NCBI GenBank assembly: GCA_965213705.1
Contig: OZ243913.1
Location: forward strand, 1,536,001-1,600,000
Length of the DNA: 64,000 bases
Direction: 5' to 3'
Source of the DNA: Trueperaceae bacterium
Lineage (GTDB): Bacteria > Deinococcota > Deinococci > Deinococcales > Trueperaceae
The notes under the pieces were generated by a model, which had not been told where the DNA came from, did not search any database, and worked only from the letters and a program-made list of their open reading frames with translations. Both the position numbers and the translations under genes were made by a program. Positions within the stretch are counted from its first letter, which is position 1; every line of letters starts with the position of its first letter. Shown here one piece after another: positions 58,203-64,000 of this stretch.

Positions 58203-59141
58203 CTACTTCGTGACTGAAGGAGCCGGCAACCGCTTCGCCCGCACCTCTTCGCTGATTTCGGCCACAATCAACGCGCCGACCAAAAACATCAGCAGCGCGA
58301 AGTACAGCCACAGCAAAATCGCCAGCAGGCTCGTCACCACCCCGTAGATGAGGTTGAACTGCTCGGGGTTGAAGGTGCGCTCGAAAACGGTGCGCATGAC
58401 GATGATGCTCGTCGTGCTGAACAGTGCGCCGACCGCCGCGCCCAGCCAACTGCTGCTGCGCCGTGGCAGGTAGCGAAAACAGACCGTAAACACGGTCGTC
58501 GCCACCGCAAAACGAATCACCTCCGTCCACCAGCCCTGCCCCCAGGTGATGCGCAAAGTCGGCACGTTTAAGTTGAACTCGTGAAGTTGCGCGGTGACGA
58601 GCGCGGAAAACTGGTTGATGGAGGTGCTGAGCAGCCCGCCGATAAGTTCGATGCCGATGACGAGCGCCACGGTTGCCACCAGCAGCACCGCCACCACGCG
58701 CTTGCGCCAGTAGCCGCGCATTTTGGGGACGTCGAAAATCACTTCCAGGGCGAGCTGGAGCGAGGTGAAAAAGTTGCTGCTGGCCCAGATGAGGACCAGC
58801 ACCGACACGACGCTGCGAAACAGCGCCCCCTGGCTCATCTGCGCCAATATAGCGTCGAAACTTTGGTTGATGAGGTTGACGCCGTTGTCCTGCAGGGGCA
58901 TAAGTTGCGCGACTAAGTCGGTCACCGCGAGGCGATACTGCTCGAGTAAGTCGGGGCGGTTGCGCAAAAAAAGCCTGAACCAGCCCGCCAGCAAGAGCAG
59001 CAGCGGCCCGATGGAGAAAGCCGCGTAGTAGGCGAGCGCCGCCGCGAGCAGGGGCAGCCGTGAGACGTTGAAACGCTTGTACAGCCGCAGCAGAAACGAT
59101 ACCGGCAGCGTCTCCGAAAACGTCTTGAGGTGGGCGCGCAT
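58203..59141 (-). CDS. YihY/BrkB-family membrane protein
   Basis: LAAALAYYAAFSIGP, IYGVVTSL..LLWLY; leaderless TACACT. Confidence 0.85.
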   Translation of the reverse strand: MRAHLKTFSETLPVSFLLRLYKRFNVSRLPLLAAALAYYAAFSIGPLLLLLAGWFRLFLRNRPDLLEQYRLAVTDLVAQLMPLQDNGVNLINQSFDAILAQMSQGALFRSVVSVLVLIWASSNFFTSLQLALEVIFDVPKMRGYWRKRVVAVLLVATVALVIGIELIGGLLSTSINQFSALVTAQLHEFNLNVPTLRITWGQGWWTEVIRFAVATTVFTVCFRYLPRRSSSWLGAAVGALFSTTSIIVMRTVFERTFNPEQFNLIYGVVTSLLAILLWLYFALLMFLVGALIVAEISEEVRAKRLPAPSVTK

Positions 59142-59173
59142 GGCTACAGTGTAAGCCGAACCGGGGCGCGTCT

Positions 59174-59731
59174 TTAGGCAGTAGGTGTGTTTTCGCGCCG
59201 CCGGTCCAGGTAAATTGCCACCAGCACGCCCGCCAGCGCAACCAGCGCGTGCAACCCCAGCCAGGTCGGGGCGGGTTCCCAGGGCAGGGTGACTTTGAAC
59301 AGGTCTTGGCGGGACAGCGTGTAGGCGATGACCTGTGGCAGCGCCACGAGGAGGGGGGACACGAGCAGCGCCGGGTAGCGCCAGGCGTACTCCAAACCCA
59401 ACGCTCCCAACAACGTCGAGGTTAAGACGATGGGCAACATGACGAGCCAGTTCGCGTCCCCCGACAGCAAGCCGACCGGCGGCGCGAGGAGCGCGGTCAG
59501 GTACACAAACCCCATCCCGGCGACGCTGAAACTCAGGTACATGACGAGCAAAATGCCCGCGCTGCGGTAGAGAAGCGGCAGCGGCGACACCGCCAGCGCC
59601 GCCGCCGTCAAAAACAGAAAAAAGCCGATGATGTAGCTTTGCGGCGCGGGCAGGGTGCGCATCGCCACCGCGCTCACCCGGCCTCGAGCGGTGCAGCCGC
59701 AAGCGTCTTGAGGCACAACAGGGTCATACAC
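59174..59731 (-). CDS. Integral membrane hypothetical protein
   Basis: Multiple hydrophobic segments; start uncertain. Confidence 0.7.
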   Translation of the reverse strand: MYDPVVPQDACGCTARGRVSAVAMRTLPAPQSYIIGFFLFLTAAALAVSPLPLLYRSAGILLVMYLSFSVAGMGFVYLTALLAPPVGLLSGDANWLVMLPIVLTSTLLGALGLEYAWRYPALLVSPLLVALPQVIAYTLSRQDLFKVTLPWEPAPTWLGLHALVALAGVLVAIYLDRRRENTPTA

Positions 59732-59767
59732 ATGAACAGCATCCTACCCTCACGGAGGGGGGCGGCG

Positions 59768-62632
59768 TCAAGCGACGTCCCGCACTTCCAGACGCTTGGT
59801 GATTTCGGGAATCCTGCGCAAAAACGAACCCGTCGAGGAGGTCGGGTGGGCGGCCAGGTTTTCCGGCGTGCCTTCCGCGACGACGGTCCCGCCGCGCACG
59901 CCGCCGTCCGGGCCTAAGTCGACAACCCAGTCGGCGGTCTTAATCACGTCCATGTTGTGTTCAATCACGACGAGCGTGTTACCCGCGTCGACCAGTCGGT
60001 GCAGCACGCCCAAAAGTTTGCGGGTGTCCTCGAAGTGCAGGCCGGTGGTGGGCTCGTCCAGGATGTAGAGCGTCTTGCCGGTCGAACGCTTGCCGAGTTC
60101 CGACGCGAGCTTGACGCGCTGCGCCTCGCCGCCGGACAGCGTCGGGCTCGACTGGCCGATCTTGATGTAACCGAGGCCCACGTCCTGCATGAGTTGCAGT
60201 TTGCGCGCGACGTTGGGGATGTTCTCGAAAAAGTCTAAGCCCTCGTCGACCGTCATGTCGAGCACGTCGGCAATCGAGCGCCCACGAATTTTGACCTCCA
60301 AAGTTTCCCGGTTGTACCGTTTGCCCTTACAGACCTCGCAAGGAACGTAAATGTCGGGCAGAAAGTACATCTCGACCTTGACCGTGCCGTCGCCCTTGCA
60401 GGCTTCGCAGCGGCCCCCCTTGACGTTGAACGAGAAGCGGCCCGCCTTGTAGCCGCGCTTGCGCGACTCGGGCGCGCGGGTGAACAGGTCGCGGATTTCG
60501 GTGAAGATGCCCGTGTAGGTCGCCGGGTTGCTGCGCGGCGTGCGCCCGATGGGACTCTGGTCGATTTCGATGACCTTGTCGATGTTCTCGGTCCCGTCGA
60601 TGCGGCTGTGTGTGCCGGGCGTTTCCTTGGCACGGTAGAGGTCTTTGGCTAAGGACGCGTGCAGTATGCGGTGGACGAGCGTCGACTTGCCCGAGCCCGA
60701 GGCCCCGGTGACGCAAGTCAGGGTGCCCAGCGGCAGCTCCACGGTGACGTTTTTTAAGTTGTGTTCCCGCGCCCCGACGATTTTGAGGCGCTTGCCGTTG
60801 CCGTCGCGGCGCTCTTCGGGCACGTCGATCTTTTTGTCGCCGCGCAGGTAGGCGGCGGTGAGCGAGTTCGGGTCTTTGAGCAACTCTTTCGGAGCTGCCG
60901 CCGCCACGACGCTGCCACCGTGAACGCCCGCGCCCGGCCCCAGGTCGACGATGTAGTCCGCGGCGCGCATCGTCTCCTCGTCGTGCTCGACCACGATAAG
61001 CGTGTTGCCCAAGTCGCGCAAGCTCAGGAGGGTTTTGAGCAAGCGCGTATTGTCGCGCGGGTGCAGCCCGATACTGGGCTCGTCGAGCACGTAGAGGACA
61101 CCGGTGAGTCCCGAACCCACCTGCGTCGCCAGACGGATGCGCTGCGCCTCGCCGCCGGAGAGCGTGTTGGCGCTGCGGTCGAGGGTGAGGTAGTCCAGTC
61201 CGACGTTTTCTAAAAACCCCAGGCGCGCATTGACCTCCCTGGTAATCGGCGTGGCGATGCTGTTGCCGGGTTCGGGGAGGTCGAGACTGCTGAAAAAGTC
61301 TCGAGCCTCGAGCACCGTCAGTCCCGACACCTGCGCGATGTTGCGGTCGGCGACCGTGACGGCTAGGACCTCGGGCTTGTAGCGCGTGCCGCCGCACGCG
61401 GGGCAGGGTTGCAGGCCCATGAAAGCTTCCAACTTTTCCCGCGCGAACTCGGTGTTCGCTTCGGCCAGGCGGCGCTCTAAGTTGGGAATCACCCCCTCGA
61501 AGTCGGCCTTGAAGCGCATCGTTTCCTTGCCGTCACGGGTGTAGACGACCTCGATGGGTTTGTCGGAGCCGTAGAGGATGACTTGTTTCGCCGGTTCGGG
61601 CAAGTCTTGCCACGGCGTCGACAGCTCGAAACCGAAGTGCTCGGCTACCGCGCGCAAGCGGTCCCAGTAAAAAATCTTGTTGCCGTCGCTGCGCCCGCCC
61701 GTCCAGGGCGCTATCGCGCCGCGGCTGATGGAGAGCGTCTCGTCGGGAATGACGAGGGCGGGGTCGAACTCTTGTTTGAAACCCAGGCCCGTGCAACTCG
61801 GGCAGGCACCGTAGGGGCTGTTGAAGGAGAAACTTCTGGGCTCGAGTTCCTCCAACGCCGTGCCGTGCTCCGGGCAAGCGAAGCGCTCGCTGAACAGTTC
61901 GTCGACGTTTTTTTCGGGCACGAACACACGCATCAGGCCTTCGCCCTTTTGCAGGGAGAGTTCCACAGACTCGGCCATGCGGGCGCGGTCTCCCTCGTCG
62001 ACTTTGATGCGGTCGACGACCACGTCGATGTCGTGTTTTTCGAAGCGTTCCAAGTTGCTCGCCAGGGCTTCCTCGAGCGTCATCACGACGCCGTCGACCC
62101 GCACGCGCGCGAAGCCCTCTTTTTTGAGGTCGGCGAAAAGTTTTTTGTACTCGCCCTTGCGCCCGCGCACCACCGGGGCCAAGAGCAGCGCTTTTTCATG
62201 GTTAAAGCGCGCCACCATCTTGTCGACAATTTCGCTCGCCGACTGCTTTTCAACGCGCCGTCCGCACACCGGACAGTGGGGGATGCCGGCGCGAGCGAAG
62301 AGCAGCCGCAAGTAGTCGTGAATCTCGGTCACGGTGCCGACCGTCGAGCGCGGGTTGTGCGAGGTCGTTTTCTGGTCGATGCTGATGGCCGGGCTCAGGC
62401 CTTCGATGGCGTCGACGTCGGGCTTGTCCATCAGTCCTAAAAATTGCCGCGCGTAGGCCGACAGGCTTTCGACGTAGCGGCGCTGGCCCTCGGCGTAAAT
62501 CGTGTCGAAAGCGAGCGTCGACTTGCCCGAGCCGGACACGCCGGTAAAGACGATAAAGGCGTTTCTGGGGAGTTCAATACTGACGTCTTTGAGGTTGTGT
62601 TCGCGTGCGCCGCGAACCACTAGGTTTTGCAA
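59768..62632 (-). CDS. uvrA: Excinuclease ABC subunit A
   Basis: GAREHNLK, GVSGSGKS, two LSGGEAQR signatures, Zn fingers. Confidence 0.97.
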   Translation of the reverse strand: MQNLVVRGAREHNLKDVSIELPRNAFIVFTGVSGSGKSTLAFDTIYAEGQRRYVESLSAYARQFLGLMDKPDVDAIEGLSPAISIDQKTTSHNPRSTVGTVTEIHDYLRLLFARAGIPHCPVCGRRVEKQSASEIVDKMVARFNHEKALLLAPVVRGRKGEYKKLFADLKKEGFARVRVDGVVMTLEEALASNLERFEKHDIDVVVDRIKVDEGDRARMAESVELSLQKGEGLMRVFVPEKNVDELFSERFACPEHGTALEELEPRSFSFNSPYGACPSCTGLGFKQEFDPALVIPDETLSISRGAIAPWTGGRSDGNKIFYWDRLRAVAEHFGFELSTPWQDLPEPAKQVILYGSDKPIEVVYTRDGKETMRFKADFEGVIPNLERRLAEANTEFAREKLEAFMGLQPCPACGGTRYKPEVLAVTVADRNIAQVSGLTVLEARDFFSSLDLPEPGNSIATPITREVNARLGFLENVGLDYLTLDRSANTLSGGEAQRIRLATQVGSGLTGVLYVLDEPSIGLHPRDNTRLLKTLLSLRDLGNTLIVVEHDEETMRAADYIVDLGPGAGVHGGSVVAAAAPKELLKDPNSLTAAYLRGDKKIDVPEERRDGNGKRLKIVGAREHNLKNVTVELPLGTLTCVTGASGSGKSTLVHRILHASLAKDLYRAKETPGTHSRIDGTENIDKVIEIDQSPIGRTPRSNPATYTGIFTEIRDLFTRAPESRKRGYKAGRFSFNVKGGRCEACKGDGTVKVEMYFLPDIYVPCEVCKGKRYNRETLEVKIRGRSIADVLDMTVDEGLDFFENIPNVARKLQLMQDVGLGYIKIGQSSPTLSGGEAQRVKLASELGKRSTGKTLYILDEPTTGLHFEDTRKLLGVLHRLVDAGNTLVVIEHNMDVIKTADWVVDLGPDGGVRGGTVVAEGTPENLAAHPTSSTGSFLRRIPEITKRLEVRDVA

Positions 62633-62927
62633 GAGCGTTGGCCCCCTTCGCAGGTCCAGGGTCGACGTTGAAGACAGCCTGTCAAACGACTGCGGCCGGC
62701 TGTCCCGTTCAAAACAGTAGAGTATAGCAGAGGCTTCGGGGATAAGCTTGTAACGAGCAAAGAAGTACCGAGTGAAAAGTACAGGATAAAAAGTACCGAG
62801 TCGAAGGCGTTTTGACTCGCCACTAGGTACTGGGCACCGTCCTCCACTTTGAACTCGTTGCTAGGTACTCGGTACTTTCTACCCTCGGCCGACAAACGCG
62901 AAACCGTCCGGTCCGCCACGCACTCGG

Positions 62928-63344
62928 CTAAGCGTTCTCCTCGAGCCTTACCACCGTTTCGCCCGCCAGTACCCGGTCGACGGTCTCGAAAAGGGCGTCC
63001 GCGTCGCCTTTTTGCACGTAGCCTTTCGCGCCGGCGCGCAACGCGGTCGTGACGTAGCTCGCCTCGGCGTGGCTCGTCACCATGATGCACTTGAGGTGAG
63101 GCCAACGCGCCTGCAACTCCGCCACAAACGCGACGCCGCTCATGCCGGGCAAGGAAATGTTGACAAACACCAGTTCCGGCTCTAGGGCGTGGTCGCCCTC
63201 GGCGCGGCTCAGCCACGCCAAGCCCGCCTCGGCCGAGGCGACTTCGCCGACCAGCGCGAGGTCGCTCCTGGACTGGACGAGTTCGCTCAGCAACTCGCGC
63301 AACAGCGGATGGTCTTCGACAATCAAAACTCTCGTTTCTTTCAT
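62928..63344 (-). CDS. Stand-alone NarL-type receiver domain with Asp-to-Asn at the phosphoacceptor
   Basis: VEDH, LVFVNISLPGMSG, T, GYVQK; no HTH output domain. Confidence 0.8.
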   Translation of the reverse strand: MKETRVLIVEDHPLLRELLSELVQSRSDLALVGEVASAEAGLAWLSRAEGDHALEPELVFVNISLPGMSGVAFVAELQARWPHLKCIMVTSHAEASYVTTALRAGAKGYVQKGDADALFETVDRVLAGETVVRLEENA

Positions 63345-63422
63345 AAATTTCCCCGTTACGTTTTCCTGGTGTAACCCGTACTTGTTGTAACCCGCACCTG
63401 TTGCGACGCACACCTGGGAATT

Positions 63423-64000
63423 TCAGTCTAGGGAACGAAGCGGTAGCCTGACTGTGGCGCGCGTTCCGTTGCCCGGGACCGAGGTGACGTCAAGCGTGCC
63501 GCCGTACAGTTCCAGGCGCTGCCGCACGCTCGCCAGGCCGAAGCCGCCGCTGTTGCCCTTCAAGTCGCCGTCGAAGCCGTCACCTTTGTCGGTGATGACG
63601 ATTCGCAACTCGTCGCCCCCTGGTCCGGTGGGTGAGGCTTGAACCGTCTCGAGTTCGACCTCGGCCGTTTGTACGCCTGCGTGTTTGACGACGTTGAACA
63701 GCAGTTCGCGCGCGATTTGAAAGAGCAGCAGCTTGACCGGCTCGCTCAGCTCGGGTTCTCCAGTCGGCAGCTTCAGGTGAATATCCAAGCCGTAGCGGTT
63801 CGCCATGTGCTCTTTTAGCCAGTGCAAACCTGCCACGAGCCCCTGTTGCAGCGCGGGCGGGCTGATTTCGACGCTCAGGTTGCGCGCCAAGGAAATCGCG
63901 TCTTTGAGAATGTCGAGGGCGGGCGCCAAGTCGGGTGCGCCTCGCTCAACCTTGCGCAGAGCAATTTGCAGCGCGAACAGTTGCTGTTGCAACTCGTCGT
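63423..64000 (-). CDS. HisKA_3-type sensor histidine kinase, partial at the window edge
   Basis: DELQQQL, ELLFNVVKHA, DKGDGF, GFGL, GNGT. Confidence 0.9.
   Translation of the reverse strand, partial: DELQQQLFALQIALRKVERGAPDLAPALDILKDAISLARNLSVEISPPALQQGLVAGLHWLKEHMANRYGLDIHLKLPTGEPELSEPVKLLLFQIARELLFNVVKHAGVQTAEVELETVQASPTGPGGDELRIVITDKGDGFDGDLKGNSGGFGLASVRQRLELYGGTLDVTSVPGNGTRATVRLPLRSLD

Noticed and set aside
62633..62760. Palindrome or RDRM box upstream of uvrA
   Set aside because: Only a TATACT -10 is visible; no match to either motif by eye. Likewise none upstream of ada

Overview
GC-rich chromosomal segment from a Deinococcota bacterium, probably Trueperaceae-like. This is inferred from pervasive leaderless -10 promoters, bshC, a DdrA/Rad52-type gene and strong oligonucleotide biases. 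Bases 1-5419 are the right part of a satellite-like integrative element: Hjc-type nuclease, RepB-primase/DUF3987 replicase followed by a 3+3 inverted iteron array, HTH excisionase, a divergent AT-rich Zn-finger gene, and a duplicated 3' half of tRNA-Val(GAC). The rest is mostly housekeeping and accessory metabolism (bshC, khtTU, sixA, metK, cysQ-cysD-cysNC, ada, hslVU, glucoamylase, vanadium haloperoxidase, uvrA, a partial two-component system). The most interesting signal is a candidate LexA regulon defined by an unfamiliar palindrome, TACCTTA-N5-TAAGGTA. It occurs three times, each time on a promoter: at a small acidic orphan gene, between the divergent lexA and SRAP genes, and at the start of a five-gene operon (orphan, Rad52/DdrA-type annealase, Zn ribbon, CHC2-TOPRIM primase, DnaJ-type Zn finger). 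Other oddities are a circularly permuted CcdA, a HemC paralog lacking catalytic motifs, a switch-like metK leader, CTCGAG over-representation and GATC avoidance. All calls were made by eye from the sequence and ORF track; no database searches were run.
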